A stretch of 64,000 bases of DNA, taken from the NCBI GenBank assembly GCA_041690395.1, contig JAWLHJ010000007.1:147895-211894 (forward strand), in the 5' to 3' direction. A program made the translations under genes and the position numbers. The notes beneath the pieces are model-generated. The model made no database searches and had not been told where the DNA came from. It saw only the letters and a list, made by a program, of their open reading frames with translations. Numbering within the stretch: the stretch's first letter is position 1; each line of letters begins with the position of its first letter. Of the stretch, positions 1-9,419 are shown one piece after another. The stretch comes from Longimicrobiales bacterium (GTDB lineage: Bacteria; Gemmatimonadota; Gemmatimonadetes; Longimicrobiales; Gaopeijiaceae).

Positions 1-1
1 C

Positions 2-508
2 GAGTCCGAGCTGGCCTTCCTGTCCGAGGGCCGGAGCGCCCAGGTGACCTTCGCGGCCTACCCGGGCGAGCGCTTCACCGGGCGGATCGAGACCATCAAC
101 CCGCTCGTGGACCCGGAGAGCCGGACAGGGCGGGTGACGGTCCTGCTCCCGAATCCGGACGCACGCATCAAGCCCGGGATGTACGCCGAGGTCTCGCTCG
201 ACGCCGAGGCGCTGCCGGACCGGGTCATGGTGCCCCGCTCGGCCATCCTGGAACGCGGGGAAGGGAGGCGTAGAACCATGCTCTTCGTCTACGACGAGTC
301 CGGGGATGTCGGGCGGGCCAAATGGCGATACGTGAACGTGGGCCGGGAGAACGACACCCACGTGGAGCTGCTGCGTGAGGGACCGGAGCAGGACTTCGTC
401 GAGCCGGGCGAGACGGTCCTCGTCGACGGCCACCACTACCTGGCGCACGATACGCCGGTCCGTCTGGTCGAGGACGTCGCGGCGGCGGGAGGGCGACCGG
501 GTGCCTGA
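2..508 (+). CDS. Efflux RND transporter periplasmic adaptor (MFP) subunit, 5'-truncated by window edge
   Basis: Frame open from position 2; MFP C-terminal motifs GRIETINPLVDPESRT, IKPGMYAEV, VPRSAI; upstream of TolC and RND genes. Confidence 0.9.
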   Translation, partial: ESELAFLSEGRSAQVTFAAYPGERFTGRIETINPLVDPESRTGRVTVLLPNPDARIKPGMYAEVSLDAEALPDRVMVPRSAILERGEGRRRTMLFVYDESGDVGRAKWRYVNVGRENDTHVELLREGPEQDFVEPGETVLVDGHHYLAHDTPVRLVEDVAAAGGRPGA

Positions 509-1982
509 GGGTGGGCGGAGGGTGGTCGGCGTCCGGACCGTCCGGTGCGCGGTGATCACGGCGCTTCCGCGGGCTTGCACGTTGGCGACGTCGGGCGCGA
601 TCGTGCTCGTCACCGCCCTGACCGCCCTCGTTCCGCAGTCGGCTTCAGCCCAGGCGGTCTCGCCTCAGGCCACCGGGCAATCCTCCGCGGACACGCTGCG
701 GCTCTCCCTCGATGACGCGCTCCGGCTCGCCGAAGGCGGCAATCCCGCGTATCGCCAGACGGAGAACAGCCTCGGCCTCAACCCCGTCGAGACCCGCACG
801 ACCTGGCTGGGGGAGCTGATCCCGAGCGTGAGTCTCTCCCTCTTCAACACCAGCTACACGGGCAACCTCCAGCGGCTGGGCGTCGGTCCCCTCGGCGATC
901 CCATCGAGAACCCGGCCGCGGAGTGGGTCTACTTCTCGAACACGAGCCAGGCGCTGAACGTCTCGTGGCAGTTCCAGGGGCTTTCGCTCTTCGACACCCA
1001 TCGGCGGCAGCGCCTGGTCAACCGGGAGCGCGTCCTGGCGAGCAGTGCAGCGCTCACGGGGCTGCGGGTCGACGTGCGGCGCCAGTACATGGACGCGCTG
1101 GAGCAGCGGGAGCTCGCACGGGCTGAAGAGGAGCTGGTCGCCGCCCGGGAGCTCGACCGTGAGGTGGCGGAGCGGCTCTTCTCGATGGCGGCTCGCACCC
1201 GGGTCGACGTCCTGAACGCCGAGCTGGCCATCGAGCAGCAGCGGCTCGAGCTGCAGCGGCAGGAGAGCGCCTACCAACGGGCGTTGATCTCCCTCGGGAC
1301 GACCCTCGGCCTGGACGGGCCGGAGGCGATGGCCCTCGCGGACGAGCCCCTCCCGATCTTCGACCCGGGGACGCTGGACGTGGAGACCCTGGTCCGTCGC
1401 GCCTTGGATGCCAATCCCCGGCTGCGGCAGTCGGAGGTGCAGGTGCGCCAGGCGGACGTCGCCGTCTCGGAGCAGCGCAACAACTGGTGGCCGCAGGTCT
1501 CCATGGGTTTCGACGTGTTCCGGCGTGCGCAGGAGCGGAACGAGGGCGCGCTCTTCGACATGTCGTTCGACCAGGACCTCGACCAGCGCTTCTTCCTCCA
1601 GCTCTCGCTCCCGGTCTTCAACAACTTCTTCGAGAAGCGACGTGCGTCGGAGCAGGCCTCCGTGGAGCTCGACAACCGGCGTGAGGCGGACCGGGAGACG
1701 CGGCTCGAGGTCGAAGAGGAGGTCCGGGTCGCGCGGCTGGAGCTCGAGAACCAATGGGAGACGCTCCGGCTCGCCGAGCGCTCGCGGGAGATCGCCGAAG
1801 AGGCGCTGCGCCTGGCCCGGGAGGAGTACCGGCTGGGGAGCCGCTCGTTCGAGGACCTCCGGTCGAGCTTCGACCAGGAGGCGGAGACCCGGCGCCAGGT
1901 GATCGCGGCGCGGTACGGCTTCGTCGACGCGCTGCTCGACCTCGAAGCCGCCGTAGGCGAGCCCGTGCGTCCGGAGAACTAG
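501..1982 (+). CDS. TolC-family outer membrane efflux protein
   Basis: GTG at 501 overlaps upstream stop; signal-like segment ending ASAQ; LSLDDALRLA, LSLPVFNNF, EEYRLGSRSFEDL TolC patterns; start uncertain. Confidence 0.88.
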   Translation: MPEGGRRVVGVRTVRCAVITALPRACTLATSGAIVLVTALTALVPQSASAQAVSPQATGQSSADTLRLSLDDALRLAEGGNPAYRQTENSLGLNPVETRTTWLGELIPSVSLSLFNTSYTGNLQRLGVGPLGDPIENPAAEWVYFSNTSQALNVSWQFQGLSLFDTHRRQRLVNRERVLASSAALTGLRVDVRRQYMDALEQRELARAEEELVAARELDREVAERLFSMAARTRVDVLNAELAIEQQRLELQRQESAYQRALISLGTTLGLDGPEAMALADEPLPIFDPGTLDVETLVRRALDANPRLRQSEVQVRQADVAVSEQRNNWWPQVSMGFDVFRRAQERNEGALFDMSFDQDLDQRFFLQLSLPVFNNFFEKRRASEQASVELDNRREADRETRLEVEEEVRVARLELENQWETLRLAERSREIAEEALRLAREEYRLGSRSFEDLRSSFDQEAETRRQVIAARYGFVDALLDLEAAVGEPVRPEN

Positions 1983-1984
1983 CG

Positions 1985-4900
1985 ATGTCCGTGCCGAGTG
2001 TCTCGACCCGGAGGCCGGTGGCGGTCTGGATGCTCTTCCTGGCCATCGTGCTCCTCGGCGGGATCTCCTACGCACGGCTGCCGATCGATCTGCTGCCGGA
2101 CGTGAGCTATCCCCGGCTGGTGGTCTACACGCTCTACCCGGAGGTCGCGCCCGCCGAGGTGGAGCGGCTGGTGACCGAGCCGGTGGAGGCGTCCGCGGCC
2201 GCCGTGCCGGGGGTCGAGCGGGTGACGTCCACCTCGCGCTACGGCGTGAGCCTGGTGACCCTCCGGTTCGCGTGGGGCACCGACATGGACTTCGCCATGC
2301 TCAACGTGCGCGAGCGCATGGACAACGTGCGCGCCGGGCTCCCGCAGAGCGCCACCCGGCCGGTGATCCTGCGCGTCGACCCGGAGTCCGAGCCGGTCAT
2401 GACGCTGTCGGTGGTGGGCGGGGCCGACCTGTGGGCGACGAAGGAGTTCGCCGAGACCGTGTTCCGACGGCGGCTCGAGCAGCTCGACGGGGTCGCGCAG
2501 GCCGGGGTGGCCGGCGGTCTCGACCGGGAGATCCAGGTCGAGGTCGATCCCGGGGCGGTCGACGCCTACGGGCTCACCCTCGCCGAGATCGCCACGGCGC
2601 TCGACCGGGCGAACGTGTCGGCGCCGGGTGGGACCATCCTCCAGGGGCGCTACCGCTATCCGCTCCGGACGCTCGGCGAGTTCCGGACCGTCGAGGAGAT
2701 CGGCGACGTGGTGGTGGCGCGGCGCTCGGACGCGTCCGGCACCCAGGTCATCCGGCTGCGGGACATCGCGCGCGTGATCGACGGCTTCGCCGAGCGCGAG
2801 GCGATCGCCCGCTACGGGGGCACGGAGTCCGTGGGTGTGCTGGTGTTCAAGGAGTCCGGCGCGAATACGGTGCGGGTGGCCGAGCGGGTCGGGGAGGTCA
2901 TCGCCCAGCTCGCCGAGGAGTACCCCGACTTCCACGTCGACGTCGCGGGCGACCAGGCGGACTTCATCGCTGCGTCCATCTCGAACGTGGTGCAGGCCCT
3001 CGTGCTCGGAGGCCTGCTGGCGTTCCTGGTGCTCTTCCTGTTCCTGCGGGATAGCCGCTATCCGTTCGCCATCGCTTTGGCCATCCCCATCTCGGTGGTG
3101 GCCACGTTCGCCCTAATGGACGCGGCGGGCGTGAGCCTGAACATCATGAGCCTGGGCGGGCTCGCGCTCGGTGTCGGGATGCTCGTCGACAACTCGATCA
3201 TCGTGCTGGAGAACATCTTCCGGCACCGGGAGGAGCTCGGGCGAGGCGCGGCGGAGGCGGCGGCCGTCGGCGCCGAGGAGGTCCAGTCGGCCATCACGGC
3301 ATCGACGCTCACCACGATCTCGGTGTTCGGGCCGATCATCTACGTGGAGGGCGTAGCCGGCGAGCTGTTCAAGGACCTCTCGCTGGCGGTGGCGTTCTCC
3401 CTGCTCGCCTCGCTGCTGGTGGCGCTCACGCTGCTGCCGTCGCTGGCGGCGCGGTTCGGGGGCGGCGTGGAGGGTGCCGGGGCGGGGCCGGACGGCCTCG
3501 GAGCGGGGGTGGAGGGTGTCGGCGGGAGCGTGGACGGTGCAGGGAATGGACGCGCCACGAGCATCCCGGGCGCAGGCCACGGCTCGGCCGGTCCCCCCGG
3601 CTGGCTCCGCCGCATCGGCCGGATGGCCCGGGCGGCGGTCCACGCACCCTTCCTCGCCCTCGCCTGGCTCGGCCGACTCGCCCGCGACCTGGTCGTCTTC
3701 TGGGCTACGGAGGTGGGCCGACTACTCGGCCGCGTGTTCGGGCCGTCCCTCCGCGCCTTCGACCGGGCGTTCGACCGCTTCGCCGTGCGGTATCACACCG
3801 CCCTCGAGTGGGCGCTGGACCACCCCGGGGGGGTGCTGGGCGCCTCGGTCCTCGTGCTGGTCGTGACGGCCGCTGTCGGCGCGACGCTGCCCCGCGACCT
3901 GCTTCCGCATGTGGATCAGGGCGCGTTCACCGTGCGGCTCGAGCTCGAGGAAGGGACGTCGCTCGAAGCCACGTCCGAAGCTGCCGCGGTCGTCGAGGCG
4001 GCCGCGCTCGGCGACGAGGAGGTCGAGGCCGTGTTCAGCACCGTGGGCCGCGACGCTCGCGCGTACGCCACGGGGGACCGGGCGGTCGGCCTCCACACGG
4101 CGACGGCCGAAGTCCGCATGCGTCGGGGGGGTGACACCGAGGCGGCCGCGGACAGGATGCGGACGCTGGAGGATCGCTTCGCCGAGGGGGCGCTGTCCGT
4201 GGAGACCGGCCAGGCCACGGCGCTCGGCGCGATGCTCGGAGGAAGCGAGGCCGACATCTCCGTCCGCGTACGGAGCGAGGACCTCGACCTCGCGTTCGCG
4301 CGTGCCGAGCAGGTCGCGGATCTCCTCGGCGGCGTCGCGGCGCTGGGCAACGTTCGCGTTGGGACGGAGCGCGGACAGCCACAGCTCCAGATCGAGATCG
4401 ACCGGGCCGCGTGTGCCAGCTACGGGATCGAGCCCACGCTGGTGGCCGACCTCGTGGACCGCGCGATGCGCGGGGCGGTGGCGACCGAGTTCGTGGACTT
4501 CGACCGGAAGATCGACGTCGTCGTGCGGTATCCGGACGAGCTTCGCTACTCCCGCGCGACCCTCGACGCCCTGCGCGTCCAGGGCGTGCCGCTCCGGAGC
4601 CTCGTCCACGTCCAGGAGGTGCTCGCGCCCGCCGAGATCCGACGTGAAGATCAGGCCCGCGTGGTGCCCGTCTACGCCGACGTGCTGCGCGGCGGGCTCG
4701 ATGCGGCAGTGGCCGACGTGCAGGAGGCGCTCGCGCCCCTGCCGATCAGCTCCGACGTCCGGTGGGAGGTCGGCGGCGAGAACGAGGAGATGCGACGCTC
4801 GTTCCGCGACCTGGCGTTCGCGTTCGGCCTCGCGTTGCTGCTGGTCTACATGATCCTCGCGGCCCAGTTCGAGTCGTTCGTGCACCCGCTCACGATCCTG

Positions 4901-5389
4901 ATCGCGGTGCCGCTCGCCTTGATCGGTGCGATCCTGGCGCTCGTCGTGGCCGGGGAGGGACTGAACACGATGAGCCTCATCGGCGTCGTCATCCTCGTCG
5001 GGATCGTGGTGAACGACGCCATCGTGAAGGTCGACTTCATCCGGCAGGGCAGGGACCGGGGCGAGCCGCTCCGGCACGCCATCCTCGAGGCCGGCCGGGT
5101 GCGGCTCCGGCCCATCGTGATGACCACGGTGACCACGGTGCTGGGCCTCGTGCCGATGGCGCTCGGGATCGGGCGCGGCGCGGATCTTCGCGCGCCCCTG
5201 GCGGTGGCCGTGATCGGCGGACTGGTGTTCGCCACCGCGCTCACGCTGCTGGTCGTGCCGGTCGTGTACCAGACGCTCGAGCGGGTGCGGCTCGCGTTGG
5301 CCGGGGAACGTGGGACGACGGCCGCGCGCGAGGGCCTGGTCCAACCTCCGGACGCCCCCGATGGGCTCGCGACGGAGCCCGGCCGGTGA
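1985..5389 (+). CDS. RND (AcrB/AcrD/AcrF-family) permease, subunit 1
   Basis: RRPVAV..LPIDLLPDV N-terminus, GMLVDNSIIVLENI, RLRPIVMTT; ATG 2 nt after TolC stop. Confidence 0.95.
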   Translation: MSVPSVSTRRPVAVWMLFLAIVLLGGISYARLPIDLLPDVSYPRLVVYTLYPEVAPAEVERLVTEPVEASAAAVPGVERVTSTSRYGVSLVTLRFAWGTDMDFAMLNVRERMDNVRAGLPQSATRPVILRVDPESEPVMTLSVVGGADLWATKEFAETVFRRRLEQLDGVAQAGVAGGLDREIQVEVDPGAVDAYGLTLAEIATALDRANVSAPGGTILQGRYRYPLRTLGEFRTVEEIGDVVVARRSDASGTQVIRLRDIARVIDGFAEREAIARYGGTESVGVLVFKESGANTVRVAERVGEVIAQLAEEYPDFHVDVAGDQADFIAASISNVVQALVLGGLLAFLVLFLFLRDSRYPFAIALAIPISVVATFALMDAAGVSLNIMSLGGLALGVGMLVDNSIIVLENIFRHREELGRGAAEAAAVGAEEVQSAITASTLTTISVFGPIIYVEGVAGELFKDLSLAVAFSLLASLLVALTLLPSLAARFGGGVEGAGAGPDGLGAGVEGVGGSVDGAGNGRATSIPGAGHGSAGPPGWLRRIGRMARAAVHAPFLALAWLGRLARDLVVFWATEVGRLLGRVFGPSLRAFDRAFDRFAVRYHTALEWALDHPGGVLGASVLVLVVTAAVGATLPRDLLPHVDQGAFTVRLELEEGTSLEATSEAAAVVEAAALGDEEVEAVFSTVGRDARAYATGDRAVGLHTATAEVRMRRGGDTEAAADRMRTLEDRFAEGALSVETGQATALGAMLGGSEADISVRVRSEDLDLAFARAEQVADLLGGVAALGNVRVGTERGQPQLQIEIDRAACASYGIEPTLVADLVDRAMRGAVATEFVDFDRKIDVVVRYPDELRYSRATLDALRVQGVPLRSLVHVQEVLAPAEIRREDQARVVPVYADVLRGGLDAAVADVQEALAPLPISSDVRWEVGGENEEMRRSFRDLAFAFGLALLLVYMILAAQFESFVHPLTILIAVPLALIGAILALVVAGEGLNTMSLIGVVILVGIVVNDAIVKVDFIRQGRDRGEPLRHAILEAGRVRLRPIVMTTVTTVLGLVPMALGIGRGADLRAPLAVAVIGGLVFATALTLLVVPVVYQTLERVRLALAGERGTTAAREGLVQPPDAPDGLATEPGR

Positions 5390-5426
5390 TTGGCCTGAAG
5401 TCTCGCATGGTCAGCCGGAGCCGAGC

Positions 5427-8400
5427 GTGATCCGCCAGAGCCTGCGCCGGCCGGTCGCGGTCGCGATGGCGTACGGGGCCGTCGCCCTCCTCGGCGTGGC
5501 CGCGTGGCGGAACGTGCCCATCGAAGTGCTGCCCGACACCGACCTGCCGCAGCTCACCGTGCGGGCGACATGGCGGGGCGCATCACCCGAGACGCTCGAG
5601 GCGTTCCTCACCGCGCCGCTCGAGAGCGCGATCCAGCAGGTGCGAGGCGTCGAGCGCATCGTCTCGACATCCTCGGAGCAGGAGGGGATGGGCGTCTCGG
5701 AGATCCAGGTCGAGTTCCAGCGCGACGTCGACATGGACTTCGCCCGCCTCGACCTCTCGGAACGGCTCGCGACGCTCGAGGAGTCGCTCCCGCCCGGCGC
5801 CGATCCGGTGCAGATCGAACAATACGTCCCGGAAGAATTCGCGGACCAGGACCGCCCGTTCCTGCAGTACACGTTCACCGGTCCCTACACGCTGGAGGCG
5901 CTCCGGCGGCACCTCGACGACGTGGTCGCGCCCGAGCTGGGACAGGTCGACGGCGTCGCGCTGGTGAATGTGTTCGGTGGGCGCGAGCGTCGCCTCGAGA
6001 TCGAGCTGGACGAGGCGGCGGTGGCCGCCCTCGGGCTCGACGCCCGGACGATCCGGCGTGCCCTCACCGAGCTCGACCTGGTCCGGGAGGCGGGCGTCGT
6101 GCGCGAGGGCCGGCGGGAGCGGACGCTGACCATCGTGAACCGTCCCGGCAGCGCGGACGACGTCCGTAACGCCGTACTCACGGTGGCGCGAGGCACGCCG
6201 GTTCGGGTGGCGGATATCGCGCAAGTGCACGACACCTACGAGGAAGCTCGCGCGCTCGCCCGGGTCCAGGGACGTCCGGCGGTCGGGTTCCGCGTCTTCA
6301 AGTCCGTCGGGGTCAACACCGTGCAGGTGGCCGACCAGGTGAAGGCCCGCATGGCCGAGCTCGAGCGACTCGCACCCTACGACGCGTCGTACGTCCTCGA
6401 GTTCGACGAGAGCGAGGACATCCGCACCCAGCTGAGCGACCTCCGCACGCGGGCGCTGTTCAGCGCGCTGGTGATCTTCCTGGTGCTGCTGGCGTTTCTC
6501 CGCTCGCTCCCGTCGGCGGGACTGGTCTTCGCGACCATCGCCTTCAGCGTGCTCATCGCGCTCAACCTCATCTACTTCGGCGGCCTGACCCTCAACCTGC
6601 TGACGTTGATGGGGCTCGCGATGGGGTTCGGGCTCGTCGTCGACAACGCGATCGTGGTGCTCGAGAACGTATACCGCCGCCGGCAGCAGCGAGGCGAGGC
6701 CCCGGACGTGGCCGCGGAGCAGGGCGCCCGCGAGGTCGTGCTCCCGATCCTGGCGTCGACCGCGACGACCCTCATCGTGTTCGTGCCGTTCGTGTATCTG
6801 CAGGGGGAAGTGCGCGTATTCTACGTGCCGCTGGCGATCGTCGTCGGGCTCACGCTGCTCGCGTCGCTCCTGGTGGCGTTCACGTTCATCCCCGCGATCT
6901 CGGCACGGATCCTGGACGGGGTCGGAGCGGGTGCGGGGGCGGTCGGAGGCGACGGAAGTGGGCCGGCGGCCGGACCAGTGCGCGAGGCGCCCGGGACACC
7001 CGCCCGCCCGCCCCTCTACGCCCGCTTCTACACCGACCTCGTCGGGCTCACCGTGCGCCATCCGTGGCCCGCCATCATCCTCACGCTCGGGGTCTTCGTC
7101 GGCTCGTACCAGCTCTTCGACCGGTACGTCAGCCGGTGGGCGATGTGGGGCGGGGGATGGGGCGCCGAGACGTATATCAGCGTCTTCATCGAGCTGCCGC
7201 GGGGCGCCAACCTCGAGCGGACCGACGAGCTCGTCCGCTACTTCGAGGACCGCGTCGCGACGATGCCCGAGGTGGAGCGGTTCAGCACCCAGGTGACGCC
7301 GAACCGCGGCTACATGGAGATCACCTTCCCGGACTCGCTGGAGAACACCTCCGTACCGGTCGTCATCAAGGAGCGGATGGTGGCGTTCAGCCACACGTTC
7401 ACCGGCGCCGAGGTGCGCGTGTACGGCTACGGGCCGTCGTTCTACGGCGGGGGAGGGAGCCCGCCGAACTACGGCATCCAGGTGCTGGGGTACAACTACG
7501 AGCGGGTGCGGGACATCGCGGAGGACATCGGCACGCGGGTGTCTCGGCTGAGCCGCGTGGTCGACGTCGACACCAACGCGTCCGGGAGCCGGTTCGTGCG
7601 GGATCGCGCCTCGGAGTTCGTCCTCGACGTCGACCGGGACGCGATCGCGCGGCACGACCTGGCGGTCGAGGACGTGGTGGAGGGGATCGGGGCCGCCGCC
7701 GCGGGGAACGCTCGTCTGGACTACCTGAAGCTGGGCGGCGAAGAGGTCCAGATCCAGGTGAAGCTGGCGCGGAACCAGGACCTCGACGTGCTCGCGCTCC
7801 GGGAGACGCTGATTCCGACGCCGGCCGGGGGCCGGATCCGGCTGGGCGACGTGGTCCGGGTCAGGCAGCGCGAGGTGCTCGCCCAGATCCGGCGCGAGAA
7901 CCAGCAGTACGAGCGCACGGTGGCGTACGAGTTCCGGGGGCCCAACCGGCTGGGCGACGTCGTGCACGAGGCCGTCATGGCGGGGACGGCCGTCCCCGCT
8001 GGCTACACCGTCCAGGCGGGCCGGAACAACTGGTTCGTCAGCGAGGAGGACCGGGAGCAGATCTGGATGGTCCTCGCGGTCGCGCTCCTTCTGGTCTACA
8101 TGGTCACCTCGGCCCTGTTCGAGTCGCTGGTCCGCCCGCTCGCGGTGATTCTCACCGTCCCGATGGCCCTGATCGGGGTCTACCTGATCTTCTTCTACAC
8201 GGGGGCGTCGTTCACGCGCGAGGCGTACATCGGCGTGATCATGATGCTGGGGATCGTGGTGAACAACGCGATCCTGCTCGTGGACCACGTGAACCGGGTG
8301 CGGGCCGAAATGCCGGAGCTATCGCTCGACGAGGCAATCGTGAGGGGCACGGTCGAGCGGGTGCGCCCCATCCTCATGACGACGATCACGACCGTGCTCG

Positions 8401-8609
8401 GCCTCCTGCCGCTCGTGGTGTTCGGAGACGGGGCCGGCTCGAACATCTGGGACGCGCTCGCCCTCGTGCTCATCGGCGGGCTGCTCTCGTCCACGCTTTT
8501 CGTGCTGACGATCACGCCCGCGGTGTACGGACTCCTCGAGCGGCCGCGGACCGCGCGGGCCACCGTCCCATGGACCCCTCGACGTGCCTTTTCGGTATCA
8601 GACGCATAA
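5427..8609 (+). CDS. RND (AcrB/AcrD/AcrF-family) permease, subunit 2
   Basis: RRPVAVAM, GLVVDNAIVVLENV, RVRPILMTT; GTG start at 5427 inferred. Confidence 0.95.
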   Translation: MIRQSLRRPVAVAMAYGAVALLGVAAWRNVPIEVLPDTDLPQLTVRATWRGASPETLEAFLTAPLESAIQQVRGVERIVSTSSEQEGMGVSEIQVEFQRDVDMDFARLDLSERLATLEESLPPGADPVQIEQYVPEEFADQDRPFLQYTFTGPYTLEALRRHLDDVVAPELGQVDGVALVNVFGGRERRLEIELDEAAVAALGLDARTIRRALTELDLVREAGVVREGRRERTLTIVNRPGSADDVRNAVLTVARGTPVRVADIAQVHDTYEEARALARVQGRPAVGFRVFKSVGVNTVQVADQVKARMAELERLAPYDASYVLEFDESEDIRTQLSDLRTRALFSALVIFLVLLAFLRSLPSAGLVFATIAFSVLIALNLIYFGGLTLNLLTLMGLAMGFGLVVDNAIVVLENVYRRRQQRGEAPDVAAEQGAREVVLPILASTATTLIVFVPFVYLQGEVRVFYVPLAIVVGLTLLASLLVAFTFIPAISARILDGVGAGAGAVGGDGSGPAAGPVREAPGTPARPPLYARFYTDLVGLTVRHPWPAIILTLGVFVGSYQLFDRYVSRWAMWGGGWGAETYISVFIELPRGANLERTDELVRYFEDRVATMPEVERFSTQVTPNRGYMEITFPDSLENTSVPVVIKERMVAFSHTFTGAEVRVYGYGPSFYGGGGSPPNYGIQVLGYNYERVRDIAEDIGTRVSRLSRVVDVDTNASGSRFVRDRASEFVLDVDRDAIARHDLAVEDVVEGIGAAAAGNARLDYLKLGGEEVQIQVKLARNQDLDVLALRETLIPTPAGGRIRLGDVVRVRQREVLAQIRRENQQYERTVAYEFRGPNRLGDVVHEAVMAGTAVPAGYTVQAGRNNWFVSEEDREQIWMVLAVALLLVYMVTSALFESLVRPLAVILTVPMALIGVYLIFFYTGASFTREAYIGVIMMLGIVVNNAILLVDHVNRVRAEMPELSLDEAIVRGTVERVRPILMTTITTVLGLLPLVVFGDGAGSNIWDALALVLIGGLLSSTLFVLTITPAVYGLLERPRTARATVPWTPRRAFSVSDA

Positions 8610-8632
8610 CTTGCCGGCCAGGAGGTGCGCAG

Positions 8633-9400
8633 ATGACAGGTTCTTCGAAGCTCGCCGCGCTCTCGAGCGCGGCAGTCGTGACGCTTTCCGCGCTCGCGTT
8701 GGTACCGACCCCGGCCGAAGCGCAGCTCGGCGGTCAGGGCTTCACCTTCCGCCCGCCGACGGTCTCCCTCGCCTTCCACGGCGGCTACGCCGTGCCGATG
8801 GCGCGGAGCGATCTGTTCGACCAGACCATCGACGACCTGTTCCTCGACCGGAACGACTTCCGCTCGCCCTACCTGGGCGGTGAGATCTCCGTCCGGGCCA
8901 CGGACCGGCTCGACGTCTCGCTCGAAGTCGGCCACGCGTGGAGCAGCACGCTCACCGAGTGGCGCGAGTACGTGGAGAGCAACGACCAGCCCATCTGGCA
9001 GACGGTCCGCTACTCCCGCACGCCCGTGACCGTGAGCGGCAAGTTCTACGTGACGGACCGGGGGCGCCGCATCGGCCAGCTCGTCTGGATCCCGGAACGG
9101 GTGATGCCGTACGTCGGCGTCGGAGCCGGCGTCGTGCGGTACGCGTTCGCCCGGGACGGCGACCACGTGGTCGAGGAGACGCTCGAGATCTTCACCGACA
9201 ACCTCGAGCAGGTGGGGACGGCGTTCACGGCCCACGGCTACCTGGGTTTCGATGTGCACGTCTCGAAGATGGCATATCTGACGCCTCAGCTTCGTTACAC
9301 GTGGGCCGAGGGCGGACTCGATCGCACGGTGTATCAGGGATTCCAGCCCATGGATCTGTCGGGCTTCCAGCTGTCGCTGGGGCTCGGGATGCGTTTTTGA
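8633..9400 (+). CDS. Small outer-membrane beta-barrel protein (OmpA/OmpW-like)
   Basis: SD AGGAGG upstream; signal peptide ending AEA; PYVGVGAG strand; C-terminal LSLGLGMRF with terminal Phe. Confidence 0.8.
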   Translation: MTGSSKLAALSSAAVVTLSALALVPTPAEAQLGGQGFTFRPPTVSLAFHGGYAVPMARSDLFDQTIDDLFLDRNDFRSPYLGGEISVRATDRLDVSLEVGHAWSSTLTEWREYVESNDQPIWQTVRYSRTPVTVSGKFYVTDRGRRIGQLVWIPERVMPYVGVGAGVVRYAFARDGDHVVEETLEIFTDNLEQVGTAFTAHGYLGFDVHVSKMAYLTPQLRYTWAEGGLDRTVYQGFQPMDLSGFQLSLGLGMRF

Positions 9401-9419
9401 CTCGCGAAGGGAGCATGAC

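Noticed and set aside
1754..1984. Long N-terminal extensions in the ORF track (1754, 5310, 7064, 15110, 20630, 26018, 34054, 41855, 56087, 60795)
   Set aside because: They overlap neighbouring genes and are Arg/Pro/Gly-rich noise; downstream starts fit SD sites, gene coupling and family N-termini
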